DNA of 63,123 bases, counting the filler, from Octopus bimaculoides (Eukaryota), in the NCBI RefSeq assembly GCF_001194135.2. It is 4 parts of 4 records of this genome, joined end to end, with 100 filler letters (N's around TTAATTAATTAA, not from the genome) between each part and the next. Parts side by side here need not be neighbours in the genome. Positions count along the whole stretch, not along the records: positions 1 to 31,607 come from NC_068982.1; positions 31,708 to 45,305 come from NC_068999.1; 2 more parts are not named here. The stretch is one strand, 5' to 3'. This document shows, piece by piece, positions 26,641 to 39,045 of the stretch (positions within the stretch are counted from its first letter, which is position 1; each line of letters starts with the position of its first letter). Made by a program: the position numbers and the translations under genes. Under the pieces are notes generated by a model. That model was not told the origin of the DNA. It saw only the letters and a list, made by a program, of their open reading frames with translations, and searched no databases.

Positions 26641-27131
26641 TATTTGAACAAGGATTAGCCATGAGTTGTAAATTCGTTTAATGTTTCTCAACTGGATTTG
26701 TATTTCAAGCCTTTTGACTGAACTACATTCATCGCCACATCAGTTCTAGCATTAGTAGAGAGGGCTTTTATTAGAAAGAAAGGTAAATAAGGAAGGCGGA
26801 GAGAGTGATAGCGTGATATATAGGGACCTAGAGAGAGAGAAACAAAAAGAAAGATACAAATAGAGGATGAGAGAAAGAAAGGTACGGGGGGGGGGCTGAA
26901 AGGAATTGAAAGAAAGACAGAAATAAAGATATATCAGGAAACTTTTGTGCATTATTTTGGTTGACCAGGATTTCCTGTCGAGCAGTTCTCAACCGAGTAC
27001 TAAGAATTTACACAGGCAAAGCACACACGCTGTCACACACAGATGCATGTATGCAGCTATCGCCCACAAGCACACACATACGCAGGCAATACAGCATTTT
27101 TTCTTTTATAATTACTACTTTCTCTTTTTCC

Positions 27132-27208
<77 letters not shown>

Positions 27209-27445
27209 AGTAGGCGTCTTTTCGTCTGTATCTCTCTCCCTTTCTCTCGCTATGTCTCTGTCTTTCTCTCTATGCGCATGCGTGTATGCATGTATATTTA
27301 ATGAAAGAAATATATCCTCCGTCGATTTTGACGAAGTGTATTCCATTATCTGATCAATGAATGTCCCAGTCTATGAGGTTGCAGAATACATTTACAGAGG
27401 CTAGATATTTTAATTAGATGCACAATTAAAATCCGATGGACTTTG

Positions 27446-27476
<31 letters not shown>

Positions 27477-27690
27477 TGTATGTATGTATGTATGTATGCA
27501 TGCATGTATGTATGTATATATGTATATAAGGAATCAAGAGCAGGGCTCATTAGCCACCAACGGAGCCGCAAGTGCAAAATATAAGTTAATCCTAGAGCGC
27601 ACAATGTTCCTGAAGGTCGGCAATGGTCTTTCTCGGTCACGAGTGGACGGCCATCATCATGTATATATGTATATATATATATATACATAT

Positions 27691-27753
<63 letters not shown>

Positions 27754-27951
27754 NNNNNNNNNNNNNNNNNNNNNNNNNNNNNNNNNNNNNNNNNNNNNNN
27801 NNNNNNNNNNNNNNNNNNNNNNNNNNNNNNNNNNNNNNNNNNNNNNNNNNNNNNNNNNNNNNNNNNNNNNNNNNNNNNNNNNNNNNNNNNNNNNNNNNNN
27901 NNNNNNNNNNNNNNNNNNNNNNNNNNNNNNNNNNNNNNNNNNNNNNNNNNN

Positions 27952-28000
<49 letters not shown>

Positions 28001-28464
28001 GAGATAGAGAGAGAAATGATAGAAAATGGAATGAACGACATTCTTTACTTAAGATCACTATAATTAATAAGACGTATTGTCATTTTCATGCATCAAAGTT
28101 GTATAGTGCGTAGGATGTTGGGAAGAACTTATTTAAACATTCACTTGAGAAGGTGCCTTTTACTCCTTGGATGGACGGCAATGATTACGAAACATTTCAC
28201 CAATGCACTACGAATACAAAAATGTATCGAAACAATCGTAGTGATTTTAAATAAATAATGTCGTACATTCCATTTTCTATCATTTATTTATATAAATTCA
28301 ACGGATACAATGGAATTCCTGATGTATTTGAACAAGGATTAGCAATGAGTTGTAAATTCGTTTAATGTTTCTCAACTGGATTTGTATTTCAAGACTTTTG
28401 ACTGAACTACATTCATCACCTCATCAGTCCTAGCATTAATAGAGATGGCTTTTATTAGAAAGAA
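26641..28464 (+). repeat. Local direct duplication of ~140 bp (26641-26781 and 28325-28464)
   Basis: Direct alignment by eye shows 7 substitutions and no indels. Confidence 0.9.
28014..28285. repeat. Foldback/MITE-like structure with ~47-bp inverted arms
   Basis: 28014-28060 versus the reverse complement of 28239-28285: 4 mismatches, ~178-nt spacer. Confidence 0.8.
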
Positions 28465-28615
28465 AAGAAAGTTGATAATGAGGTAATTAAGAGTATTTCC
28501 ACTGAATGATGACACCAGGTAGCCAATTACTCTGGACGAGCTTTGCATAGCATACTATAAGGTTTTATTCGAATCATATCTTATTTAACTATACCCACAC
28601 ACGCGCGAGCGCATA

Positions 28616-28652
<37 letters not shown>

Positions 28653-29420
28653 GCGTGTGTGCGTGCGTGTGCGTGCGTGTGCGCGTGTATGCGCGCGCGC
28701 GTTAATAAAAACTACAGAAAAGGCAGTTGGTATTTAAAACTTTATAAAGCATACTCGTGTTTCAGTGATCAACTGACAAGATTACACAATCGTTTGGAAA
28801 AGATCGCTCACTGTTATCCTAAACCGCGTCAGAGTTTATGGCAAATTTACAAAGACTAGTTCTAAATTTATCCAATATATATCACTATTATGTAAATTAA
28901 CTACAACATGAGTGGGGTAACTGGCAGAATCCAGAGTGGGAGGGTACTAAATAGAGGGAGGAAGAAATATCGATGGGAGGAGAGTGGTGAAAGCTACGAT
29001 CTCTCTTACATAGGCAAATAAGAGATACACACTCATATCTTGTTACAACCGTTCACATATACACAAAATGGAGAGAAGTAAAAGAGATAAACCTGGAGCA
29101 ACGTATACTCAAATGCGAGGACAACTACAGCAACGATAATGCTAGCCACAACGAAAGCAATAGCAAAATATAAATACAAGAATATCAACTACAGTACGAA
29201 AAGTCACTATCATATATCAGCGGCGAAGACAGTTTGGGTCACTTCCGTTGAGAGATTTATCATATCGATTTCAAATATACGCTCTCATGCAAACAAAGCA
29301 GGTGTTTTATTGAGTAATATGCAGTGTACCGCTAACCTTGCACTCTTTCACACGTACGCGCCCACCACCTCCCGCTTACAATTATCTACTCCCACACGCG
29401 CGTAGGAGAATATTAGATTT

Positions 29421-29660
29421 GGGCATATGGCGTAGTGGTTAAGAGTGCAGGCTATTAACCCCAAGATTCCGAGTTCGATTCCAGGCAGTGACCTGAATAA
29501 TAATAATAAAAATAATAACATGGAAAGATAACTTAGGAATGAGAACCCAGGTGCGAAATTTCCCCAAGACACCTGATGAAGGCTGGAGGGTATATCACGC
29601 GAAACGTTGTGTTAACGACAAACAAGATGAGGACAAATGTCCGTCAAATGTAAATAATGT
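29421..29660 (+). mobile_element. tRNA-head SINE carrying a hammerhead-like motif (family E), copy 2
   Basis: A box TGGCGTAGTGG (29428-38), B box GAGTTCGATTCC (29471-82), (AAT)n linker, hammerhead-like core at 29568-29613. Confidence 0.85.
29568..29613 (+). ncRNA. Minimal type I hammerhead ribozyme-like motif (family E)
   Basis: Stem I GACAC/GUGUU, CUGAUGA, stem II GGCUG..CACGC (partly disrupted), GAA-ACGU palindromic stem III, GUU triplet. Confidence 0.65.
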
Positions 29661-30875
29661 ACCTCAATTTACTGTGATCCCATAAAATTTTATATGGATC
29701 CCGGTTGAGAACCCCTGCTGTATAGTATATATAAACTGACATATGTCCGTAACAGGCGCGGAATCAGAGGACCTCAGGGTCACATCGAACTCATCAGTCC
29801 CAGACCTCTTATACTAATGTTACTTCTGGAAATAAATTATTGCTCTCGTTAAACGTATGATGGAATTATCATGCTGAGTTATATCCGAAAACTTTCTACC
29901 CATAATAACTGCGTTATTGAGTAATATAGGTGAAATGTATAGCAATTCTTCATCGCGAACTAAATGAATAAGGTATTGTTATTACTGTTATGGTTTTCGA
30001 ACCAGAGCATTGTCTCTTCAGTACAATCCCAGATCCTCAACTCACCTCTTCTTTAACATTAGGAATTAGTCTATCTAAAATATTCGTACTAACACTGTCG
30101 ATAACTGATTTCGAGTGGAAATGAGCCTGTTGAAAGGAGGCTAAAAGAGACTCATGTTTTATGGTCTTTAAGGAAGAAGCAGGGGATTTTGTGGTCTAAA
30201 ACCTTAGTCCTGTCTTCCATTTGGCGGTTGAGTGCGCCTGTGTGCATGTGTGTACCTCTGTGCATATGTATGTGAGAGAGAGAGAGAGAGAGAGAAATAA
30301 AAAATATAGGTGCACTGAAATTATATATTCTTCGTTTATTTATATATCGATATGAAAGGCTTCCAAATTCTCCAAAGGAGATGTAATCAGAAAACTGCTT
30401 AAATCATTTTGTTTCTTATCTAATGTGCAAGAAAAGTCTAGTAAATTAACACTAAAAACAGTTCATAAAATGAAAGATTGAAGCAATAGTTCATTGCATT
30501 TCCTACGGAAAATTGAAAGACCTCTACCTTTATATAAATTGAGATAATAAGCTAACAAAAATTATTCACTCACACATACACACACACACACACACAGATA
30601 TGTATGAATGTATATATGTATGTCATCGTTCAGTATTACTTCAAGATTTCTTGCCAATACAGAAAGAGCAGGTTTCTAATCTAGATACGTCCTTACGTGC
30701 AATCCTGCGTAGATCCATAAGGACTTATGCTCTTGTTTCTACAACATCGGAAAGTTGAACTATGAACTTTTATGCTTCTTATTTTGTCTTCTTTCTCTCC
30801 ATTTCCTTATTCTTTTACTCCCTTCCACTATATCGTCATCTCATTAATACATACCATTCTCATTTTCCCTATTTA

Positions 30876-30930
30876 TCTCTGATGACAGAATATCCCATAC
30901 TCGGGGACATCCCAGAAACAGCTGCAAGAC
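30876..30930 (+). ncRNA. Hammerhead-like motif, family F, third copy
   Basis: TCT-CTGATGA...CATCCCA-GAAAC-AGCT-GC-A-AGAC. Intact CUGAUGA and GAAAC; longer, rearranged stem II; GUA triplet mutated to GCA. Confidence 0.5.
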
Positions 30931-31014
30931 TGAATTTTTTCCAATAATAATATTGTATACGACTTGAGATGTTTACCTTGCCTTAATGTTTGTTGTCCTC
31001 TTTAACAATTATAC

Positions 31015-31045
<31 letters not shown>

Positions 31046-32417
31046 TGTATGTATGTATGTATGTATGTATGTATATGTGTGAGTGTGTGTATGGAGGAGG
31101 CAACGCTCAAGCAGAGGGTTAGTTTTTGACTTTACCCAAAGGATTGACTCCTATATCAAATAATGATTGCACTGTTATAACATGCATATAACTTACAACA
31201 TATACATTATCTTATTATCTCTGTACACGCAGGCATGTATATGTACCTATATAAGCACATGTGTTTGTGCCTGTGTGTGAGCGCGCGTGTATATGTGCGT
31301 GTGCGCGCTCACATATGCGTGTGTGCGTATGGGTGTGTGTATACTGGATAATCACGTTTATAGCACTCTTCTCCATTTTGTTAACGTACGACTAAACAAC
31401 ATCATTAAAATGAGCTATTTCTTGACTATGGTATTGTTATTTATGCAGTATGTTTATTATGTCATATGTTCTTCGCATTTGTTTTTCATCTGCTACATAT
31501 TATTGTCTGGATCAATGAGACAAAAACATATCAGATATATAAATATTCAAAGTAAACATTTTTTTCTAAAGTTCGTGATAATAACAATTGAATTCCGTGA
31601 TACATAGNNNNNNNNNNNNNNNNNNNNNNNNNNNNNNNNNNNNNNNNNNNNTTAATTAATTAANNNNNNNNNNNNNNNNNNNNNNNNNNNNNNNNNNNNN
31701 NNNNNNNATATATATGTATATGTATATATGTATATATATGTATATATATAGATATATAGATATATTTATATATACAATATATATGTGCTTAATGTGGAAC
31801 TGATTTAATGAATAAATATATCAGCCAACGTAATCATATCGACAGCTGTACCCAGGCATATTTAGTATCACCTCATCAAGACATTTCCTACATATGTTTT
31901 CTTACGTGATTTTTTCCACCTTTAGTGTCCGCGCTGGTAATGAGTTGCTATGTATTTTTACTGAATGCTACAGTATTGCTGAGACTAAGAAAATAATGTT
32001 TCCTGTTATATTTGCCATTGAGCTGTCTTCTAATTTACTCGGAGAAGCAAACACCACCACCAAGAAAATCACAGACATACACTCCGTACAAACACGTATA
32101 TTTTATGTTCCCACGCTTACTAAAGTAAGAAGCGGAAATAGCGTCAATCCTTGCCTTTTTGCAATGTGTTATATTGGACATAATGTCAAAAAGGTATTCT
32201 GAATTTGTAATTGAAATGTTATGGTTGAAATCATAATTTCGACGTGAGGTCATTTGAAGGCATGTTCAGATATGATGATAACGGAAAATAACAGAATATC
32301 ATAGACTATAACTGTACAGAAATGACAGATTACTATTTGTGATAATCGGATTCCTTTAGAGCTCTGGCTTCCACTCAAGGAATAAGTATAAATATTACTC
32401 CTTCATGTATACATACC

Positions 32418-32489
<72 letters not shown>

Positions 32490-33596
32490 NNNNNNNNNNN
32501 NNNNNNNNNNNNNNNNNNNNNNNNNNNNNNNNNNNNNNNNNNNNNNNNNNNNNNNNNNNNNNNNNNNNNNNNNNNNNNNNNNNNNNNNNNNNNNNNNNNN
32601 NNNNNNNNNNNNNNNNNNNNNNNNNNNNNNNNNNNNNNNNNNNNNNNNNNNNNNNNNNNNNNNNNNNNNNNNNNNNNNNNNNNNNNNNNNNNNNNNNNNN
32701 NNNNNNNNNNNNNNNNNNNNNNNNNNNNNNNNNNNNNNNNNNNNNNNNNNNNNNNNNNNNNNNNNNNNNNNNNNNNNNNNNNNNNNNNNNNNNNNNNNNN
32801 NNNNNNNNNNNNNNNNNNNNNNNNNNNNNNNNNNNNNNNNNNNNNNNNNNNNNNNNNNNNNNNNNNNNNNNNNNNNNNNNNNNNNNNNNNNNNNNNNNNN
32901 NNNNNNNNNNNNNNNNNNNNNNNNNNNNNNNNNNNNNNNNNNNNNNNNNNNNNNNNNNNNNNNNNNNNNNNNNNNNNNNNNNNNNNNNNNNNNNNNNNNN
33001 NNNNNNNNNNNNNNNNNNNNNNNNNNNNNNNNNNNNNNNNNNNNNNNNNNNNNNNNNNNNNNNNACTTATATTTATCCCTTCATGCATAAGTGTTTTTAT
33101 TTTATAGAAAATGATTTTTATAATTTCGAGAATCGAGTTTCACGCTTCAGCGATCTACAGGCTAGAATTTTAGGTTTCGATTTTGGCCGGGAGCTGCTTA
33201 AAGGAAAATCCGCTCATACAAACTCCTAATGAGTGTTAAGCCTGCTTTCGTTATTTCAGTTTCATATCTTAATTAAATAAGTAATTTTTAATCAAAAGTT
33301 CTATACATACATTGTGTTCATACTATGGGAAACATTGATGGTTGTAATGTTTTACCTACGCTACCAGGTCAAAAACGACCCCAGGAAAGTACATTCAGTT
33401 AATATTTTCTCTAAGATCAGGACATGAAGAATACATTTGCTCCATCTTTAATCCTTGTTGCTGATGTTTAGTTTCAATTCATCATGGAGTGTCCAGATAT
33501 ATTACCAACATTTTTGGAAGTCATGTTCATACTGAAGTTGATTAAGTTATTGTAAATTCATGATTATACTAACCTCGACCCACTAGTTTCTTACTG

Positions 33597-33681
33597 TTAT
33601 CAGAATTACTCTTATCAGAATTACTCTTATCAGAATTACTCTTATCAGAATTACTCTTATCAGAATTACTCTTATCAGAAT
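33597..33681. repeat. Perfect 15-bp tandem repeat (TTATCAGAATTACTC), ~5.7 copies
   Basis: Read directly from the sequence. Confidence 0.95.
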
Positions 33682-34487
33682 CTTCCCTTTTTAAAAGGAT
33701 AGTGTGAGATTCGAAAATTTGTAATAGGTCAACTGGTAACAATCTTTACCTGAAGCTTTCAAAGCACCAAAGTTACATCTCATAAAAAATAATAAATAAA
33801 TAAAATCGATTATTAATTAAAATAAAAATAAAAATTAAAGACTAATTCATTTTAAAAGAAGACAGAAATTGAAAACAAAAAAAGAATCGAATTAAATTAT
33901 CGGTTGGTTTGGTGATCTTCAACGCACATTATCAAACAAAATGGATTAATGATTATGACTCGAACATTCGTGACACATTTCTTTGAAAAGTGGATTCAAC
34001 AATAAATGTTAAGTGATAAGGAGTATGCACTTGAGCGAAGACATAAAACTTAAATATGTAACACACTTTCATCTTGAAATGAAAGTACTTAGAAATCAGA
34101 AAATAATTTGAAAAATATAAGGCGAGTGAATTATGCTATCTGTTATTTTTTTTTTCTTGTTATTTCACATTAACTTAGGATGGTGGACTGGTAGATTCGT
34201 TAGACTGAATTAACATGCCTACAGCATTTTGTTGCAGTGTTTCTAGTTGATAATTCAGTTTAACATTCGAGGCTGACATACATATAACGTGTGTAATATG
34301 GTCGATATAATCCCCTAATGCTGGAAATCTCTATCCTGGACGTTGTGACTGTGAAAGAAATCAAATATTACAAGATATATTGATGCCTGGTTTCCTTATG
34401 TTAAAATGTATTGTGAGAGTACCTTGTAATTTTTTGCAGTCAAGTAGCTATATGGATAGTTAGTTCTCTTAGACACACACACACGCG

Positions 34488-34526
<39 letters not shown>

Positions 34527-34845
34527 TTCTATTTAATTTGTTTCAGTCATATGACTGCAGCCATGCTGGAGCACTGCCTTTTACTCGAATAAACCGACCT
34601 CAGGACATATTTTTTGTAAGCCTAGTACTTGTTCTATCGGTTATTTTTGCCGAACCGCTAGCTTACGTGGACGTAAACACAGCAGCATTGGTTGTCAACC
34701 GATGGTGGGGAGACAAACACACACTTACACACACAAACATATGCACACCCATGAATATATATATATACGAAGGGCTTCATTCAGTTTCCGTCTACCAAAT
34801 CCACTCACAAGTCTTTGGTCGGCCCGAGGTTATAGCAGAAGACAG
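34527..34845 (-). mobile_element. SINE family A copy (5' truncated)
   Basis: GTTTCAGTCA..GACTGCAGCCATGCTGGAGCAC ... TTCAGTTTCCGTCTACCAAATCCACTCACAAG, the reverse complement of family A. Confidence 0.85.
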
Positions 34846-36814
34846 TTGTTTCTGGGGGCTCGGAATTACATAATAATTGAAATGTTAGTCGCTGGAGTAT
34901 ACAAATGCCAAGGATATGCAACTAATAATGGTTACATATAAACATTACCGTAAATTCGGCCTTCGACCTCTAACTGTTCAGATAAAAGTGCAAGGAATTT
35001 AAGGATAGAATGAGTGAAGAAGGAAAATAGAAAGTGAAGGAGGATGTAGGCATTTAAAGATGGGAGGGGTATTGAAGAAGAGGAAAGGCAAGAAGGAATA
35101 GGAGAGGCAGAACAAGGAGCCGGTGGGGATGAGTGTACAGAGAATTGAGAGAAGTAATAGAAGTGGTGATTCAAGAAATGAGAAGTGGTCCATTGAGTAG
35201 TATTCTAAAGGATTGTGTCGTCGCTGGATGTACTAGCAACATATGTTTTTTTTTAAATCAGGGATGATGGCGGCTATATAGCTTACACTCCCTGCATTAT
35301 CATCTGAATTGCTAGATTCCAAACTCTCCACTGTGTATCAGTCTATCAAACTACCTTACTGCCTCTATAACAGCTCAATTCGGATTGCCCTTAAAGCCGC
35401 TTTAGGTGTCATTCGCTCGGCCCTGGATGAGGTATTTAGAATTTAAGCTCACGTTCATTTGAGCACTAATCTGTTATCTATACTGAGCTTATTTTTCCTC
35501 TTACACACTCATCATACACACACACACACACACACATATACATACATACACGCTCACTCACCCACTAAATATAGACACTCACTGCACACACATACACTTA
35601 TACAGGCATGCGTCGTTTAGCTAAGAGCAAACACACCACTATCCTTCAACGCATTAAAACCAACCTAGCTTTCCTCAAGCTAATGCGTTGCATATTCGCT
35701 ACTATCTGTTATCTGATTACTATTAATTATTGATTTTTATGTCAAACTGCCAATCAGAATCCCAGAAGATAGGGATATTGATAAAACCTTAGGTGGCATA
35801 ATGATCAGAAATCGAAATTCTAAAATGTTCGCCACATCGGTTAATCAACAAAAGGTCAATATGAACAGAAGTAGATTGATTATTATCAAATTACACTGCA
35901 TTTCTGGAAATCTGGATTTCAAGAGAGCACAAATATTAACAATAACAAATAGTTATTTCGATTAAGGAAGAATAAAGTTTCTGTGTATGAGCAATTGTGT
36001 TATTTTGCTGTTAATAATCTTCATGCATTAAATGCTTTCTAAGCTTTCATAAGCGGTTCATTCTAGAAAGAGACATACGAGTGTGGGTGCCTTTTTTTTT
36101 TATTAGATATTTGTTTTATGTGTAGTTATTTTTATATAGTATTAAAATGCTTGCGAATAAAAGCATTCTCTAGTCTTACGCATAAATATGTGATCAAACA
36201 ATTCTTTTTTGAGACAACTGTGCCGTAAATTATTTCGCTACTTTGTCTCGGATTGACCAATATAGTGTTTAGCATTTGGCAGATGGAAACTGTGCAAGCT
36301 ATGTGTGTATGTGTGTGTGCGCCTGCAATTCTTTATCGTGCTGCACGACATAGGATTTGATTGTAATGAATTAATGCAATGTGCTCACTTACCATACGAA
36401 AACTAAGTTAATAATTCGATGAATGGTGGATGATTAATAAGTACTAAGTTTCGCATATATCCAACTAGATCGACGGAATCGGGTACTGCATTATGGTTCC
36501 GGAAACAGAAACCAATAAAATAAATGGTTTCCAACTTAGGCTCAATGCATACAATTTGTTGTAAGGCATTGGATAACACAGCCACTCATTACTTGATTGG
36601 CATATTTTAGTATTGTATTTGGAGTGATATAAAGCAAACATGAGATCGTCGCAATTTGAACCCAATATTTAAAAAGCTGAAAGTAATCTCGGAGTTAATT
36701 TTGTTCGAACTTGTAACAATTTTTTTAATCCGCTGCTTAGAATTTTCCATAACAATAGGGTTTCCAAATTTTAGAAGTTTTCATTGGAGGGCGATTTCGT
36801 TACGTTGCCCCCTA

Positions 36815-36955
36815 ACTTATTTTATCGGCCCGAAAATAATAAAACTCACAGTCGACCTCGGTGGAAATTGAGCAAAGAACGTAAAGACTGAAGAAATGCC
36901 ACTAAGCATTTTTGTCCGGCGTGCTAACGGTTCTACAAGCTCGCCATTTTCGAAT
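36815..36955 (-). mobile_element. SINE family B fragment
   Basis: TTATTTTATCGGCCCGAAA..GTCGACCTCGGTGGAAATTGA..GGCGTGCTAACGGTTCT. Confidence 0.7.
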
Positions 36956-38041
36956 GCCAAAATTATAATCCATTCCTAGTACGAATAAATTAGCTTCGTT
37001 GTGCAACGAAAGCTGTAAACAGTACAAGGAAGAGAAGCTATCTTCTGCGTCTCGTCGAGTAACTCAAGCTTTTGAATCTAGCCTAGAGTGATAATGTTCA
37101 GATATAAAGAAAATGGGATAATTTAATTAGCAATCGGTTTCCGGTTTGGCATAGAACTGAATCTTTGATTTAAATCGCGCATTGTTTCTGTTTGCACAAC
37201 ACCACCCTGGTCGGCAGAGAATCAATCAGCATAAAATGTTCTCCTAAAACAGTCGTTTTGTGAATAACAACAATAGTAGCAGCAGCGGCGGCGGCAACAG
37301 CACCGCCACAACCACCGCCATCGCCGCCACCACCACCACCACCACAACCACCAGCAACCGCAACAACAACAACAATATTAATGGTAACAACAACAACTGC
37401 AACAGTAACAACAAATCATTGAAAATAAATTGTTTTTTTTTTCTTCGGTAAATAATTAAATAACAGCGTGAGTTGGTAGCATATTTCTGTTTACTTATGT
37501 TGTTTGTAATTCCAATGCAACAAAATTTGAATGCGATTTCCTATGTCCGGCCTCTGCTTCTTGTATTGGATTCTAGCCAGAGGAAATATTCTGTGCTCAC
37601 GGAAAAATATTACGTCTAAATTTTAGGAGTAAACACTGTAAACACATTGTACTAAGTTCGTAGCTGCAAAAGGAAGCCTTCCTATTCGAATCTTACGCTG
37701 GATATTCTGTTTATTATCAATACAACCTACTGGCGTATATCACAAATAAAAGTGATCGAAACATAGAGTAGCAGCAGATGTAAACAACAGAAAAATATGA
37801 ACACTTACTTCACTGCCAATTTTTAGATATATCATAAACCTTTGAATTATTGTATGTAAAAAATCATGCCACAGACGGGGGGGGCTCTTTACGAATATAT
37901 TTGATTCCGTTATCAAGATATAATGACGGTTACCAAAGTGTCAATCTTCCCTTTCCAGATGTGCACGTCTTCGTACACATGTGTCCTGGAGTGTTTTTTG
38001 ATCATCAGGTCGTGTTTTCAACGCAGTAAGTTACTTTTCTC

Positions 38042-38097
38042 GTTGCTGTAATCTGTCATTGGTGCTTGTTGCTGTAATCTGTCATTGGTGCTTGTTG
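38042..38097. repeat. Perfect 26-bp tandem duplication GTTGCTGTAATCTGTCATTGGTGCTT
   Basis: Two copies plus GTTG, read directly. Confidence 0.9.
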
Positions 38098-39002
38098 AAC
38101 CGCCATTTCATCTAGCTGATACAATTTTGCTGTTCAACAGGGCCAAGGGAAACTCTAGAGGGTGTATATATCTGCTCGGGACAAGACAATCACTACAAAC
38201 ATTTGCTTAAGCATGACATACGGGGCCAAACCAGGCTAAGCGTACTCAAGAGTGATTGTAAAAGTGTATAAACTAGATTCTACCTCAAACTTCACGCGCA
38301 GCAGTCTACTATTTTTAAATAATCGACGTGATAAATGAGAGTAATCCCTCTCTCGAACTAAATTAGTGGAACATTTGAAGATTGTGATATGCCCTGTATG
38401 AAACCTGAGGTAGCATAACAAATAAAAAGTATAGAATATATGTGTGTGCGTATTTGTGTGAGTGTATTCTTAAAATTACATGCACCACACACACACAACA
38501 GACACACACAAATGCAATATGTTCCTGGTCGTTCGACGTCCTAGAAATAGTTGTCAAGTATAAACTCCTTGAAATTATAACATTTTGTCTCAAATAGTAG
38601 GACACAGTTCATAACACATAACAGGATTTCTAGATTAACTGCAAGAAATTTACACAGAATTTTCACAAGAATTTGATTGAATGTAGACCTCCTCGTTTAG
38701 AGCTCAAATCTTATTTCATACAATCAATGCGCAAATGAATTGGTTCATATTATATACTGAAACACAGTTCATATAAAGCTGTATCAAATATACGCATGTG
38801 TGTATGTGGGTGTGGTTGTGTGTGAGTACGTTTGTGTGCATGTGTAGGGAGATTATATACATAAAGAGTAAAAGGAGAAGGAGGCGTGTATCTTACCCTT
38901 AAAAACGTGATATACATTAGTATCAAAAGAATATGGCATGAAAGAAAAATGACATGCACAGCCATATTCACAGACGCTGGAATACATATATACATACATA
39001 TA

Positions 39003-39045
<43 letters not shown>

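Noticed and set aside
26459-26660. Frame with several in-frame TGA codons after a good acceptor (selenoprotein idea)
   Set aside because: The TGAs are simply the complement of TCA codons in an open minus-strand frame. No SECIS-like element was seen and the frame ends in TAG.
29421-29493. Possible tRNA gene
   Set aside because: A and B boxes are present but the acceptor stem and anticodon arm do not pair properly, and it continues into a dispersed repeat body. It is a SINE head.
31652-31663. TTAATTAATTAA palindrome in the middle of N runs (also 45350-45361 and 59264-59275)
   Set aside because: At 31652 it is flanked by exactly 44 N on each side (100 nt total), and the other two look the same. 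It has stop codons in all six frames, so it is an assembly spacer and not biology.
37260-37420. Poly-Asn/Thr/Gly ORF resembling a transcription-factor low-complexity region
   Set aside because: It is an (AAC)/(ACC)/(GGC) trinucleotide tract with no flanking domain or splice sites.
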